A stretch of DNA of 64,000 nucleotides from positions 4,302-68,301 of the forward strand of contig JAWODZ010000116.1 in assembly GCA_046483025.1 (NCBI GenBank), in the 5' to 3' direction. Numbering within the stretch: position 1 is the first letter of the stretch; the number at the start of each line of letters is the position of its first letter. Positions 39,712 to 51,121 of the stretch are shown piece by piece. The translations under genes were made by a program, and so were the position numbers. This DNA comes from a bacterium. GTDB taxonomy: Bacteria; Zhuqueibacterota; QNDG01; CAYUAG01. Below the pieces are notes generated by a model. The model did not search any database, was not told the origin of the DNA, and saw nothing but the letters and a program-made list of their open reading frames with translations.

Positions 39712-40995
39712 TTAATAATATCTACGGTGCCTTCGACCATTCCCAAACCTGGGATTAACAATATTATTATATATAGAACCGAATTTATAACTGAATCCAA
39801 TACGAAAATTAAAACTGTAACCGGTTTCCAATTCCCTTCTGTTTAAAAGAATATCTTCTAATGCAACTTCAGTATTAGCCAGGTAAAGCTGATCGTGAAT
39901 GGCTGAAAAATGTCCCCAAAGATCAACTGAAAAACCTTTAAAAATCCGTATACTTAGGTTAGTACGGCAGGATAGATTGTTTTTGGTAATATCATGAAAA
40001 TAATGAGACCAGGTTAAATTAATCCATGCTTCTCCCCATGGTTCTATTAGGTTGAGAATTAAAGAAAGAGATTCTTTAGATAATTTTTCTGAGGTTTTGA
40101 AATAAACAGTTTCTTCATGATATTTATTATATTCATAGCCGGCCTTATAGAGAAATCGTAATTGTTTATGAGTAGACTGGGAATAAGGAAAAATATTATA
40201 CTCAACAGCTGGTTGTGGCTTGATTTGAAATTCTAAATTTTGTCTTGTTGACGAACGTAGAGATAACCAGGCTCCAATTGACCAGTGATCTGTTAAACTT
40301 TTCACAAAAAGAGAACTAAAATTAAAAGTTCTGCTTATACTTCTTTCAGTGTCCTCATCTTCAGTCCAACTGTCAGAATCATAACGACCCCTCAACGATA
40401 TTGATAATTTTGAAGCTTCAGTGATTCTGTCAATATCAATATCAGCATCATAAGACTCTTCCTCTCTAGTCTCCTCGATTTCAAAATCTGTACTGAAACC
40501 AAGGTTAAACCGCCAATAATCCCATTTATCCTTAATTTCACTTTCTTCTTCTATATCTCCCTCTTTTACTTGCAGTTTAAGCATGTTTATCATAGGTGTT
40601 TTGGTAATATAGGGTGCGAGCCCTATTTTTAAAGTATGTATAAACTCTTCTCTTATTTCATATCTGGTGCTTGTACTTTTAGAGTAGTATTTCAAGGTAT
40701 TTTGTAATTTACTACATTCTTTCTGTCCAATGTATTGAATAGTATATTCTCTGCCGCCGCTTCCGGTCTGCATGGTAGTAACTAAGATATGAACATCAGC
40801 TTCCTTGGGATCTCTTACATAATTAACAAAAGTAATTTCCCTGCGAATATGATCTTCAAAAGGAACACGATCCAGATAAACATTTAGAGCCTGTTGTTTA
40901 AAGGATACCTTATCAGATTCTTCCTGCTGGGCATAAACTGGAATAATAAACATTAATACTAATAAAAACAAACTGAGTAACTTTATACTTTTCAC
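39712..40995 (-). CDS. Secreted/outer-membrane hypothetical protein
   Basis: Signal peptide MKSIKLLSLFLLVLMFIIPVYAQ. 427 aa. The acidic middle region and the C-terminal segment with alternating aromatics suggest a barrel. No family was recognised. Confidence 0.5.
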   Translation of the reverse strand: MKSIKLLSLFLLVLMFIIPVYAQQEESDKVSFKQQALNVYLDRVPFEDHIRREITFVNYVRDPKEADVHILVTTMQTGSGGREYTIQYIGQKECSKLQNTLKYYSKSTSTRYEIREEFIHTLKIGLAPYITKTPMINMLKLQVKEGDIEEESEIKDKWDYWRFNLGFSTDFEIEETREEESYDADIDIDRITEASKLSISLRGRYDSDSWTEDEDTERSISRTFNFSSLFVKSLTDHWSIGAWLSLRSSTRQNLEFQIKPQPAVEYNIFPYSQSTHKQLRFLYKAGYEYNKYHEETVYFKTSEKLSKESLSLILNLIEPWGEAWINLTWSHYFHDITKNNLSCRTNLSIRIFKGFSVDLWGHFSAIHDQLYLANTEVALEDILLNRRELETGYSFNFRIGFSYKFGSIYNNIVNPRFGNGRRHRRYY

Positions 40996-41227
40996 TAAAA
41001 TATCTCCTCTTTATTTTTAGTTGTCTTCAACTGTTTAAATATAAAAAAAATATATGAATTATACCTGTTAAATTCATTACAATTCCATTACAATTTAAGA
41101 TTTCAGATTATCATCTTGATTATATCTTTATTAAACTCTATATTTTCTAATAAATGATAATAATTTTTATACAAGTAATAAAGAAATCAAATTGTAACAA
41201 AATAATATATATCGGGAATAGCAGACT

Positions 41228-41896
41228 GTGAAGATTTTAATCATAGAAGATGAAAAAAAAGTAGTAACATTTATAAAAAAAGGACTGAAAAGTGAAGGCT
41301 TTGTGGTTACAACTGCTTTTGATGGCAGACAAGGATTGGAAAAAGCTCTTAATCAATCCTTTGATATTATTATTCTGGATTTAATGCTGCCCAATCTGGA
41401 CGGCTTTACTCTCCTCCAGCACATACGTAAACAGGGAATCAACACAAAAGTCTTGATATTAACAGCCAAAGCTAATGTACAGGATCGGATAAAAGGATTG
41501 AATCTGGGTGCTGATGACTATTTAATCAAGCCGTTTGCTTTTGGCGAACTATTAGCCCGCCTCCGAGCTCTGCTCAGAAGAAGTTATCCAAACAAAAATC
41601 CGGTTCTCCAATTCAATGATCTATCAATTAATACTCACACCAGAGAAGTTTTCCGACAAGATAAAAAAATCGACCTTTCTGCCAAAGAATACGCCCTGCT
41701 TGAATTTCTTATCTACAATGCAAACCGCGCTCTTAACCGTGCTACAATCTCGGAGCATGTTTGGAATTATAACTTTGATACCGGAACAAATTTTATAGAT
41801 GTCTATATTAACCGGTTGCGTAAGAAAATTGACAAAGGTTACTCAAAAAAATTCATAAAAACCATCAGAGGATTTGGATATATGTTTAAGGGCTAA
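41228..41896 (+). CDS. OmpR-family two-component response regulator (GTG start)
   Basis: REC domain (IIILDLMLPNLDGF...LILTAKA...DDYLIKPF) plus a winged-helix trans_reg_C domain (EYALLEFLIYNANRALNRATI...IKTIRGFGYMF). Confidence 0.9.
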   Translation: MKILIIEDEKKVVTFIKKGLKSEGFVVTTAFDGRQGLEKALNQSFDIIILDLMLPNLDGFTLLQHIRKQGINTKVLILTAKANVQDRIKGLNLGADDYLIKPFAFGELLARLRALLRRSYPNKNPVLQFNDLSINTHTREVFRQDKKIDLSAKEYALLEFLIYNANRALNRATISEHVWNYNFDTGTNFIDVYINRLRKKIDKGYSKKFIKTIRGFGYMFKG

Positions 41897-41899
41897 ACT

Positions 41900-43306
41900 A
41901 TGATCAGCAGTTATAAGTTTAAAATAATTTTATGGTATACAAGTCTTTTTACTGCAATTTTATTGGGAGTTTTCATACTTATTTATCTGATACTCGGCTA
42001 TCAACTGCAGCATGAAGTTGATTGTAAGGTTATAAAAAAAGCTGAATGGATGAATTCAGTATTAACAGAAATCAAAAAGCCTCCTCAGGATAAACAAGAT
42101 TTTTTTCGTTCCATTACTTCCCAAAAACATCCTAATTTTTATGATATCAGAGAATATACTGACATAGCGGATCATAAATTTATCCTTTTTATTTTTCGCG
42201 AAGATTCTTTAATGTATCTTACTACGCGATACCATAACTACAGTAATCTGATTGATAATTATCCCGGTCAGCACATGTCTCTTTTTAAAATGCAATTGAA
42301 TTCTACTCCCTTTACCATTATTAAAATACACAAAGAAGGCTATTCAGCTTTTTTAGGATATCAGATTACTACTATTTACTCGGTTAAATCAAAACTTTTT
42401 CAATTACTTGTTATTATTCTCCCTCTTGGTATACTACTCTCCATATTATGCGGTCTTTTTGTTACCCAGCGATCACTAAATATAATTAACCAGATTAATA
42501 AAACCACTCAAAGTATTACCTCAAAAAATTTACATAAAAGAATACATGTTCCCCAAGGAAATGATGAGATCGGGGAATTGATTGTCACTTTAAACTCAAT
42601 GATCGACCGTCTGGATAAATCCTTTACTATGATAAAACAATTTTCTCAGGATGCAGCCCATGAGCTCAGAACTCCTCTTACCATTATCCGGGGGGAGGTT
42701 GAAGAACTTCTCACTTATGAAAAAATCCCCAACAAGGTTTCAAATTCTCTGGAAAGTATTCTGGAAGAAATTCAGTATCTGATATCAATTTCAAATACAT
42801 TAATGCTCTTACACAGTATTGACACCGGTAAAATTGACTACAATTTCATAAAAATTGATTTAAGCACTATAGTATCAGATACATATGAAGATGCCAGTAT
42901 TCTGGTTTCAGAAAAAAATCAAAAAATTGTATTACGCCAAAACGATAAAGTAAAAATCAACGGTAATGAAGAACTGCTCACCAGACTTCTCTGGAATCTT
43001 ATCGATAACAGTGTTAAATATACTCCGGAAGAAAGTATTATCACTATTGAACTTAAAAAGAAAAACAAACATGCAACTATCACTGTTCAGGACAATGGCT
43101 TTGGAATTCCCGAAGATGATATTCCAAGGATTTTTGAAAGATTCTACCGGGTGGATAAATCAAGATCACGGAAACTGGGAGGCAGCGGTCTGGGCCTTTC
43201 CATATGTAAATGGATTGTGGAACTGCATGAAGGCACAATTCAGGTTAAAAGTAAACTGAACAAAGGAACCAAAGTTATAGTTGAATTTCCCATCATAAAA
43301 GATTAA
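41900..43306 (+). CDS. Sensor histidine kinase (HAMP-HisKA-HATPase_c)
   Basis: Two TM helices. H-box FSQDAAHELRTPLT. N/G boxes LLWNLIDNSVKYT...DNGFGIPEDD...GGSGLGLSICK. It starts 4 nt after the regulator. Confidence 0.9.
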   Translation: MISSYKFKIILWYTSLFTAILLGVFILIYLILGYQLQHEVDCKVIKKAEWMNSVLTEIKKPPQDKQDFFRSITSQKHPNFYDIREYTDIADHKFILFIFREDSLMYLTTRYHNYSNLIDNYPGQHMSLFKMQLNSTPFTIIKIHKEGYSAFLGYQITTIYSVKSKLFQLLVIILPLGILLSILCGLFVTQRSLNIINQINKTTQSITSKNLHKRIHVPQGNDEIGELIVTLNSMIDRLDKSFTMIKQFSQDAAHELRTPLTIIRGEVEELLTYEKIPNKVSNSLESILEEIQYLISISNTLMLLHSIDTGKIDYNFIKIDLSTIVSDTYEDASILVSEKNQKIVLRQNDKVKINGNEELLTRLLWNLIDNSVKYTPEESIITIELKKKNKHATITVQDNGFGIPEDDIPRIFERFYRVDKSRSRKLGGSGLGLSICKWIVELHEGTIQVKSKLNKGTKVIVEFPIIKD

Positions 43307-43314
43307 ATTCTTCT

Positions 43315-44535
43315 ATGATCCAACGTTTTGCCTTATATGGTTTTTTAAAAAATCAACGATATTTTGAACCCTTTCTTCTGTTGTACTTTTTAGATTCTGG
43401 TCTGAATTTTTCCCAGATTGGAGTACTGATATTTTTCCGGGAATTATCCAAAAACCTGTTTGAAATACCCAGTGGCGGCATAGCTGACCTCTACGGCAGA
43501 CGCAGAAGTATGATCCTTTCTTTTGTTTTCTATATTTTCTCCCTTCAAATTTTCTTTTTCTTTCCTTCTTTTGTGTTTATGATAGGAGCCATGGTTTTCT
43601 TTGGAATGGGTGAAGCTTTCCGAAGCGGAACTCACAAAGCCATGATTTTTGCCTGGCTGGATCGTTATGGTCGTTTACAAGAGAAAAACAAAATTTATGG
43701 TTATACTCGTTCTTGGTCAAAAATCGGATCAGCAGTCTCCATTGTCATAGCCAGTGCAATAGTTCTGATATTACGTGATTTCTCCTGGCTTTTTGCTCTT
43801 ACCCTCTTTCCCTATATACTGGAAATAATAAATTTTTTAGGTTATCCAGACTATCTGAATTTGCAGTCACATGGCAGTACTAATACAAAAAGTATTTTTT
43901 TCCATCTCTGGAATGCGTTCAAGGATGCTTTTCAAATACCAAAACTGCGGAGACTGCTCACTGAATCCATGTCTTTTGAAGGGATGTTTGCTTCGGTAAA
44001 AGATTACATTCAGCCTATAATCAAAAATTCAATGCTCTTACTTCCCCTGCTCATACACCTTACTGAATTCCAGCGAACCACTGTTATGGTAAGTATAACC
44101 TACCTCCTGTTCCATATTTTTTCTGCCTGGGGCAGCAGAAAATCCTATAAAATTAGTCAAAAAACCGGTAGTCTGGAGACCGCTGCTGATTTTATCTGGA
44201 AGGTTACCTTTCTTTTGTATATGCTTTTACTCCTATTCATTCTGTTTAAAATACCAATACCTCTGATAATCATAATTTTTATTCTGCTCTATTTTACCCA
44301 AAATCTCTGGCGGCCTATTCTCATCAGCCGTTTTGAATCCTTTGCAATTGACTTTAAAGCAGCCACTATCCTTTCCATTGAGAGCCAGGCAAAATCAGTT
44401 TCAGTTATGATCCTGGCCCCGGTTATTGGATTTTCTATTGATTTGGTAAAACCATTTTCTCAGGGTGTTGAATTCTGGCCTATCGGGGTAATTGGATGCG
44501 TTATATCGGGATTGATCTTGTTAAGGAGGAGATAG
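43315..44535 (+). CDS. MFS-type transporter
   Basis: ~12 predicted TM helices and the MFS-like motif GGIADLYGRRRSM after TM2. Confidence 0.7.
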   Translation: MIQRFALYGFLKNQRYFEPFLLLYFLDSGLNFSQIGVLIFFRELSKNLFEIPSGGIADLYGRRRSMILSFVFYIFSLQIFFFFPSFVFMIGAMVFFGMGEAFRSGTHKAMIFAWLDRYGRLQEKNKIYGYTRSWSKIGSAVSIVIASAIVLILRDFSWLFALTLFPYILEIINFLGYPDYLNLQSHGSTNTKSIFFHLWNAFKDAFQIPKLRRLLTESMSFEGMFASVKDYIQPIIKNSMLLLPLLIHLTEFQRTTVMVSITYLLFHIFSAWGSRKSYKISQKTGSLETAADFIWKVTFLLYMLLLLFILFKIPIPLIIIIFILLYFTQNLWRPILISRFESFAIDFKAATILSIESQAKSVSVMILAPVIGFSIDLVKPFSQGVEFWPIGVIGCVISGLILLRRR

Positions 44536-44541
44536 GCAAAT

Positions 44542-44701
44542 GTTAGATTAACAGACCTCAAGAGACTGTCCAAAAAGTCAATTTACGTCTTTGCGAGAAT
44601 TGCAGCAACGAAGTAATCTCTAAAATTTAAACACGAAAAGCAGGAGACTGCTTCACAAAAAACACTCGCAGTGACGTATTCTGGACTTTTTCGACAGTCT
44701 C
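44542..44701. mobile_element. MITE-like miniature element with terminal inverted repeats related to the left end of the IS1182-family copy at 63364+
   Basis: Left arm GAGACTGTCCAAAAAGTC (44562-44579). Inverted right arm GACTTTTTCGACAGTCTC (44684-44701). The arms extend imperfectly to ~36 nt (ACGTC...GCGAG). Compare GAGACTGTCGAAAAACTCGC at 63384-63403. The upstream flank GTTAGAT..AGACCT is also shared. No ORF inside. Confidence 0.45.
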
Positions 44702-44796
44702 GCCAGGTTTTAAAGACCTGGGAAGTTCTCGATTTCTTCTTTTCTCAAAGGGGGATTACAGGTGGATTTTCTGCTAATTCCAGGTGAGTTTCCCCA

Positions 44797-44827
44797 GTTG
44801 GTCTCCATCTTGGAGATGGAGACCAAC
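44797..44827. repeat. Perfect 31-nt palindrome (14-bp stem, 3-nt loop)
   Basis: GTTGGTCTCCATCT-TGG-AGATGGAGACCAAC read directly from sequence. Confidence 0.9.
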
Positions 44828-45076
44828 TTTACCCCATCCCATAATTATAAATTTATACAATCATTATATATCATTAAAAATCCCGGTTACCAAAATAATT
44901 CCTCTGGCATACAATGTGTCATTTTATATGTACTATGATTCTTACGAGAAAGTATTTCAAAAGTGTATGGAATGTGTCAATATACTGGAAAAAATTTCAA
45001 ATCTGAACAATATTCTTCAGTATTCTTCATTTCAAAAAATATCTGAAAAATAAATATCTATCGGCACTTTAAAGAA

Positions 45077-45862
45077 ATGGCTTTTACTAATTTAAAAATA
45101 CTACCTAACCAAACAGGAGAATTGTATAAAATGCATAAAAACTCAAATGTTCAGTTCACCCTTACTGACTCTTCCGGTACCGGAGTGGACAGTACCTCTA
45201 TAACAGTAGGAATAAATGATTCCACCATTGTTGCTGACGGTGCTGATCAGACCGGAGGACAGGTACAGATTCTCTCACACAGTTCCTCCTGCACCATTCT
45301 CTATGACCCGGTCACTGATTTTACCCCTGATTCTGTGGTTACTGTTTCTGTACGGGTAAACGATTTAGCTGAAACTCCCAATACGCTGGATGAAGCAGAA
45401 GTGACTGATCCCGATGATTTAGAGGTATACTATTTTCTGACCTCCACCGGTGAATGGAGCCTTCTTAATGTTACCGGATACGATGATACCTGTATCCAGG
45501 TAAAAGTAATCCGGTTTTGTTATCTGGTCACCGGCAAATCCACAGAAACCACTACGATACAGGACAGAGAAAAACAAATGCCGGATGCATGTATCTTGCA
45601 TCAGAACCACCCAAATCCGTTCAATCCGGAAACCACTATCTCCTATACCTTATCAAAACCTGCACAGGTAACGCTTACAGTATACAACCTGATAGGTCAG
45701 CCGGTGCGCATTCTGGTTAACCGTAAAATGTCTGACGGCACCCATCAGGTGACCTGGAATGCAAAGAATGATGGCGGACAGACTGTACCCAGCGGAATTT
45801 ATATCTATATTCTCAAAAGCGGTTCTTATTCTGAAATGCAAAAGATGCTGTTGATGAAGTAG
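45077..45862 (+). pseudogene. GC-rich 5'-truncated fragment of a T9SS-CTD surface-protein gene
   Basis: C-terminus HQNHPNPFNPETTISYTLSKPAQVTLTVYNLIGQPVRILVN...GIYIYILKSG is a T9SS type-A sorting domain. The N-terminus has no signal peptide, and stops in all frames lie upstream. Local GC is markedly higher than surrounding DNA (~45-48% vs ~30%). Confidence 0.5.
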
Positions 45863-45910
45863 CTATCTGAAAAACCTGTTATACAGACGGGATTGTCTAA
45901 AAAGTCATGG

Positions 45911-45946
45911 ACTTGTCAGTCTGAGTACCATCGAAGACTGACAAGT
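45911..45946. terminator. Hairpin between convergent genes; possible bidirectional terminator
   Basis: 12-bp perfect stem ACTTGTCAGTCT/AGACTGACAAGT with a 12-nt loop. TTTTT follows within 8 nt on the plus strand. It is directly preceded by a degenerate copy of the MITE/IS inverted-repeat core (GATTGTCTAAAAAGTCA, 45891-45907). Confidence 0.4.
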
Positions 45947-46059
45947 TAATGGTTTTTGAACAGGCCACGATTGAAGAGATGAGCTGTTAAAATGCAAATA
46001 GTAACGTTGCTCTTTATTAAACCGGTTTCACAGTCTTTTAAAAATTTATATTAATAAAA

Positions 46060-47178
46060 TTATTCGAAAGGAAAATATAAAGAAGCATTAAAATTATCAT
46101 CAATGAGAAAATTAGTGACTCCTCCAATATCCCTTATAAGCATATCAGTAGCAGATAAGATAAATCCAATATTTTTTTCAATTTTTGTTTCTATAAAAAA
46201 ATTTGTATTCCTTAAGATTTCTTCCTTATCATCCCACACATTATTACAATTTATATTAACTCTTGCATATTTCTCTTTTATTTCACCATTAACATTTTCC
46301 TTGAGATTTTCAGGCAAAGATTTGGAGGATAAGGAAATATTAATATCAACATCATCATTATAGGCCATGGCGATATTATATAAAAGATTGATCAAAGATA
46401 AAGAAATAATCTCTTTTCTACCATTTATACTTAATTTTGCATTATCAACTTTTAACTTAATGTTGACAAATTCATAAATCTCTAAAGACAAAATATGAAT
46501 AATATTTTTAATAAGTTCAGGCAAAAAAATAATTTCCCGACTATTCTGCTCTTCTGAATATTTAGCAATCTTTTCAGTGAATGATTTAATATCAGTTATT
46601 TGTTTAAAATTATCAGTAATCTTCTTTTTTAAACCATCCGGTACATCTTTTAAATCATATATTTTTTTTATGTGTTTTTCTAATGAATCCAAATATTTAA
46701 AATTGTACTTATAAATAACCTCACTGCCGATAGAAGGACCAAATTCAGTAAGAAAATTAAAAAAATTATCTTTCAGTATTTTGTTTTGTTTACTGTATAT
46801 GGTTAATTTTAAATGATGTTTTACCCTGGTTGATACTTCAATGAGATTAAAGGGTTTAATAATATAATCAACTGCTCCCATTTCAAATCCCTTAATCTTG
46901 TCCTCTGCTTCTGCTTTAGCAGTAAGAAATACTACTGGAATATCCCGGGTTTCTTCCTCAGTTTTTAAAAGCTCACACACTTCATACCCATCGGTTCCCG
47001 GCATCATAACATCTAATAATATCAAATCCGGATGATATTGAATTGCAGCTTTAAATCCTTCAAATCCATCTTCAGCAGTAATCACATTATATCCTTCTTT
47101 TTCCATATAGTGAGTTAATAGTCTGATATTTGAAGGATTATCATCAACAGTCAATATGGTAATTTCTTCAGGTTTCAC
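46060..47178 (-). CDS. Response-regulator receiver protein with a C-terminal HATPase-like/unknown domain
   Basis: N-terminal REC ([10 protein letters not shown]...[16 protein letters not shown]...FLTAKAE...DYIIKPF). C-terminal ~240 aa with an N-box-like [12 protein letters not shown]. It overlaps the upstream hybrid kinase stop by 4 nt. Confidence 0.7.
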   Translation of the reverse strand: MKPEEITILTVDDNPSNIRLLTHYMEKEGYNVITAEDGFEGFKAAIQYHPDLILLDVMMPGTDGYEVCELLKTEEETRDIPVVFLTAKAEAEDKIKGFEMGAVDYIIKPFNLIEVSTRVKHHLKLTIYSKQNKILKDNFFNFLTEFGPSIGSEVIYKYNFKYLDSLEKHIKKIYDLKDVPDGLKKKITDNFKQITDIKSFTEKIAKYSEEQNSREIIFLPELIKNIIHILSLEIYEFVNIKLKVDNAKLSINGRKEIISLSLINLLYNIAMAYNDDVDINISLSSKSLPENLKENVNGEIKEKYARVNINCNNVWDDKEEILRNTNFFIETKIEKNIGFILSATDMLIRDIGGVTNFLIDDNFNASLYFPFE

Positions 47179-50100
47179 TTATTATTCTCCATAAGCTCAT
47201 CATATTCCGTAATAATCTCTTTTTTTAATTCCTGTAGTTTATCCCAGTCGCCTTCTTTACCAGTATCTTCAATTTCTTTTCCTATCTTTGAAAATATCGG
47301 AAACCCATAAGAAGCAGCTGTTCCTTTTAAAGAATGACCGAATCTTATTACTTCCTCAATATTTTTTTCTTTAAAATCCTTTTGGAACTTTTCTACTTTT
47401 TTGGTTATATCCTCTTTAAAAAATTCCTGTAATTCTTGCATCATTGGATCCGAAGTATCGACAAAAGTTGATTCTTCAGCGACGGATTCTGTTTCTTCCC
47501 GGGCAACTTCTTCCGTTACTTTTTCTGTTGTTATAGCATATTTTTCTAGTAATTCACTAAGTCTTTCTTGATCGACAGGTTTAGAAATATAATCAGTACA
47601 ACCAGCATCAATGGTTTTTTGCCTGTGTTCCTTCATAGCATGCGCAGTAAGGGCAATAATGGGAAGATCTTTATATTTCTTCTGTTCTCGAATTTTTTCA
47701 GTAGCAGTAAATCCATCCATTACAGGCATTTCCATATCCATAAGTACAACATCAAAAGAGGATTTCTCAAGTAACTTTAATACTTCTTTTCCATTTACTG
47801 CAAGTTCCACTTCATATCCCATCCGGTTTAGAATATGTTTCATTAATTTCTGTCCAGATATATCATCATCTGCTAATAAAATTTTACTTTTCTTGGATAC
47901 AACAGTGGGTTTCTTCTTTGCTTTCTTTTTAACCCCTCTTTCTGATATTAAATAATTTAGCTGATTCATAAGAGTTTCCGGAGTTTCATGTGTCTTTTGC
48001 AATAATAATTCGTAATTATGACTTAATTTAGATCGATCTTGGGATGTTAATTTTTTACTTGTATATATTACAACCGGTATATCTTTTGTTTTCTCTGATT
48101 CCTTGACAACTTCTAAAACTTCAAACCCATCTATACCTGGCATAAGAAGATCAAGAATAATTAATGAGATCTTGTTGTTTTTCTTCAAATAATCAATGGC
48201 ATTATTACCATTATTAAAAGTTTTAACTTTTAAATCTCTTTTCCTGAGAATTTTTTCGAAAAAATTAAGAACCGCGTCATCATCATCAACAACAATAATT
48301 TCTTTTTTCTTAATTGAAGGCATTCCAATAAATTGGTGTAATGTTTTTAATAATTCAGTCTCTTGAGCAGGCTTCTCTATATATTCCACTGCACCCATGC
48401 TAAAAGCTTTTTTCTGGTTAGATAAAACAGAATAAACTAGTACAGGTATTTCTTTGGTAAGGTTCCCTGCTTTTAATTTTTGTAAAACCTCCCATCCATC
48501 TATTTTACCAGGTAAAAGAATTTCCAGAATTATGGCATCAGGCCGATAAAACTTTGCCTTAATAATTCCGTCTTCTCCAGATGTACTGCAATAAACTTCA
48601 TATCCATCTTTTTGTAAATATCTCTGCAGTAATTCAAGCGCACTTCCGTTATCTTCGATTAGTAAAACGCTTGGTTGAACACCTTCTTCTCTTAATCCCT
48701 TGATATTTGATAAGACTGTTGAATCTTCACTCATTGTGGACTTAACTTTACCTTTATCAGAGGTAATTTTTTTTACTTCAGGCTTATCTTTGCTGGATAT
48801 TACTTCAACCGGGATAGAAAAAGAAAATGTACTTCCTTTATCAACTTCAGATTCCAGCCATATTTCACCATTCAACAGATCAACCATTTGTTTGCATAAA
48901 GACAAACCGAGTCCTGTGCCCCCGAATCTTCTGGTTATAGAAGCGTCTACCTGGGTGAAAGATTCGAAAATCAATCCTTTCTTTTCTGGTTTAATCCCAA
49001 TACCTGTGTCTTTCACATTTATTAATAATTGTGCCTTATTCTCCTTTTTCTGTTTAATAGTGACATCTATTTCAATTTTACCTTCTTCAGTGAACTTTAT
49101 AGCATTACCAATTAAATTCACCATGATCTGACGTATTTTTAAACTATCTGCATTAATTATGGGTAATTTTTTAGGATTTTTATTTAACTTAAAGGTTAAC
49201 CCTTTATCTAAAACTTTCGGTCGTAACAGTTGACTCACACTATCTACAAGTTTTTCCAGATCAAACTCTTGATTATCAACCTCCATCCTGCCGGTTTCTA
49301 CTTTAGCCAAATCCAAAATCTGATTAATTATTTGCAGCAAACTTTCGCCATTCAGTTTTATAGTACGAATAAAATCAACCAGATCATTAGATAAGTTCTC
49401 TTGCAATAACAGATCTGAAAACCCAATAATACTGTTCATAGGTGTACGTATCTCGTGACTCATATTAGCTAAGAATTCACTCTTTGCACGATTAGCACTT
49501 TGTGCAACTTCTTTACTTTCCTTTTCACTTTCATATAAACGAGCATTAATTATTCCCATTGCAACCTGATCAGCAATCATTGTCATCATGGTCAGATCTT
49601 TTTCATCAAAATAATTTAATTTACTGCTGACAAGATTTAATACTCCTAAAAGTTTATCACCTTTTTTTATCAGTACTACCAATTCTGATCTTATTTCTGG
49701 AATAATCTCTTTATACCCTGATTCACTTTTAACATTATCAATAAAGATTGCTTTATCACTTTTAACTGCTTTGCCAACTATTCCGTCATCGAAATACTTC
49801 TTTTTAGAAAGATATTTACTGAATGGCCCATCATGCGCTTGTATATATAATTTATCATTATTTTCATTATTAAGCATTAATATAATATGAGTATCCTCAA
49901 ATTCTTCATTCAATGATTCCACAATATGCTGACAGAGCTCGGCAATATTTAAGGTCGAAACAGCTTTTTTGGATACTTCATTAATTAATGAAAGTTGTCT
50001 GGTCTGGCGCCTTTCTTGCTGAAGCAATCGTGCATTTTCAATAGCAACAGCAGCTTGCCCGGCAAGAATGGTAAGAGTTCTAAGGTCAGCTTCTATAAAC

Positions 50101-51086
50101 TGATGCAGTCCTGATTTTATAAGTACAATGACACCTAAAATTTTATCCTCATATTGCATGGGAACTACTAATATCGATTCATCAGCAGGCTTTTCATCTT
50201 TATTATAAAAGGCTTTGGGATGTTTGGAAACATCAGCAATTAATTCAGATTTACCCTTAGAATAAGAGGTCCCAATAATACCTTGACCAACTTTTTCTTT
50301 TAGTTTATCAATCTTCTCTTTTTTATTTAAATTAATTTTACTTTTCCCATAAAAAACCGGTATCAAATACTGTCCTTCATCATCGATCAGATAAATCCTA
50401 CAGTCATCATAATCAATAAGTTTTTTTACACCAACTGCAATAGCTTCTGCAACATCTTCAGGCATCAGCATCCGGTTTAATTTTTCAGCTACTTCATTGA
50501 TTGCCTCAATAGTTTCCAGAGCTTTACGCAATTCCTTGTTGGCTTCCTCTAGTTCCTGATTTCTTTGTACGGCATTCTCAAAAGTTGAAAATAATAAATC
50601 AAGAATCTGCATACGATCAGAGGTAATAAAGTGTTTTTGTCCCGCAAAAAATATTTCTATTCCCATCTCTGTAATAGAATTCCTTCTTAACTCCTGATTC
50701 GCAAGTATATATTGAATTCGTGATATTAAAAACTGTTCACTGTACGGTTTGGTGACAAAATTATCAGCCCCACTTAAAAGACCTCTTATAACATCTCGTG
50801 GATCAAATAACTGAGTTAATAGAATAACAGGAATATATTTTAAATTATCCTCTGAACGTATCTGACGACATAACTCATAACCATCCATCTCAGGCATTAA
50901 TATATCACTTATTACAATCGTCGGTTTATTCTTCCTCATATATTTCAATGCATCATTTCCATTTTTTTCTATATGAGCTGAATAATTATGTTTCTTTAAT
51001 ATGTGTTTTAGATGTAAAGCTTGAGTTGGACTATCTTCGACGATAAGTATTTCCACACCTATATTTATTGAATCATTTTTAGGCAT
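47175..51086 (-). CDS. Hybrid sensor histidine kinase: REC-GAF-GAF-HisKA-HATPase-REC(D->E)-REC-REC-Hpt
   Basis: 1303 aa. REC1 [16 protein letters not shown]. Two GAF-like segments. H-box [19 protein letters not shown]. HATPase [10 protein letters not shown]...DTGIGI...[14 protein letters not shown]2 [15 protein letters not shown] has Glu at the phospho-Asp position. REC3 [17 protein letters not shown]4 [15 protein letters not shown]-terminal Hpt [14 protein letters not shown]. Confidence 0.9.
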   Translation of the reverse strand: MPKNDSINIGVEILIVEDSPTQALHLKHILKKHNYSAHIEKNGNDALKYMRKNKPTIVISDILMPEMDGYELCRQIRSEDNLKYIPVILLTQLFDPRDVIRGLLSGADNFVTKPYSEQFLISRIQYILANQELRRNSITEMGIEIFFAGQKHFITSDRMQILDLLFSTFENAVQRNQELEEANKELRKALETIEAINEVAEKLNRMLMPEDVAEAIAVGVKKLIDYDDCRIYLIDDEGQYLIPVFYGKSKINLNKKEKIDKLKEKVGQGIIGTSYSKGKSELIADVSKHPKAFYNKDEKPADESILVVPMQYEDKILGVIVLIKSGLHQFIEADLRTLTILAGQAAVAIENARLLQQERRQTRQLSLINEVSKKAVSTLNIAELCQHIVESLNEEFEDTHIILMLNNENNDKLYIQAHDGPFSKYLSKKKYFDDGIVGKAVKSDKAIFIDNVKSESGYKEIIPEIRSELVVLIKKGDKLLGVLNLVSSKLNYFDEKDLTMMTMIADQVAMGIINARLYESEKESKEVAQSANRAKSEFLANMSHEIRTPMNSIIGFSDLLLQENLSNDLVDFIRTIKLNGESLLQIINQILDLAKVETGRMEVDNQEFDLEKLVDSVSQLLRPKVLDKGLTFKLNKNPKKLPIINADSLKIRQIMVNLIGNAIKFTEEGKIEIDVTIKQKKENKAQLLINVKDTGIGIKPEKKGLIFESFTQVDASITRRFGGTGLGLSLCKQMVDLLNGEIWLESEVDKGSTFSFSIPVEVISSKDKPEVKKITSDKGKVKSTMSEDSTVLSNIKGLREEGVQPSVLLIEDNGSALELLQRYLQKDGYEVYCSTSGEDGIIKAKFYRPDAIILEILLPGKIDGWEVLQKLKAGNLTKEIPVLVYSVLSNQKKAFSMGAVEYIEKPAQETELLKTLHQFIGMPSIKKKEIIVVDDDDAVLNFFEKILRKRDLKVKTFNNGNNAIDYLKKNNKISLIILDLLMPGIDGFEVLEVVKESEKTKDIPVVIYTSKKLTSQDRSKLSHNYELLLQKTHETPETLMNQLNYLISERGVKKKAKKKPTVVSKKSKILLADDDISGQKLMKHILNRMGYEVELAVNGKEVLKLLEKSSFDVVLMDMEMPVMDGFTATEKIREQKKYKDLPIIALTAHAMKEHRQKTIDAGCTDYISKPVDQERLSELLEKYAITTEKVTEEVAREETESVAEESTFVDTSDPMMQELQEFFKEDITKKVEKFQKDFKEKNIEEVIRFGHSLKGTAASYGFPIFSKIGKEIEDTGKEGDWDKLQELKKEIITEYDELMENNK

Positions 51087-51121
51087 AACCTATTCCTCTA
51101 AATACTTTTTATTAATGATTA

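Noticed and set aside
44784-45053. 89-aa ORF in the track (MSFPSWSPSWRWRPTLPHP...)
   Set aside because: It starts inside the perfect 31-nt palindrome, has no RBS, and its composition is dominated by the AT-rich intergenic sequence that follows. It sits in the mosaic MITE region and is more likely non-coding.
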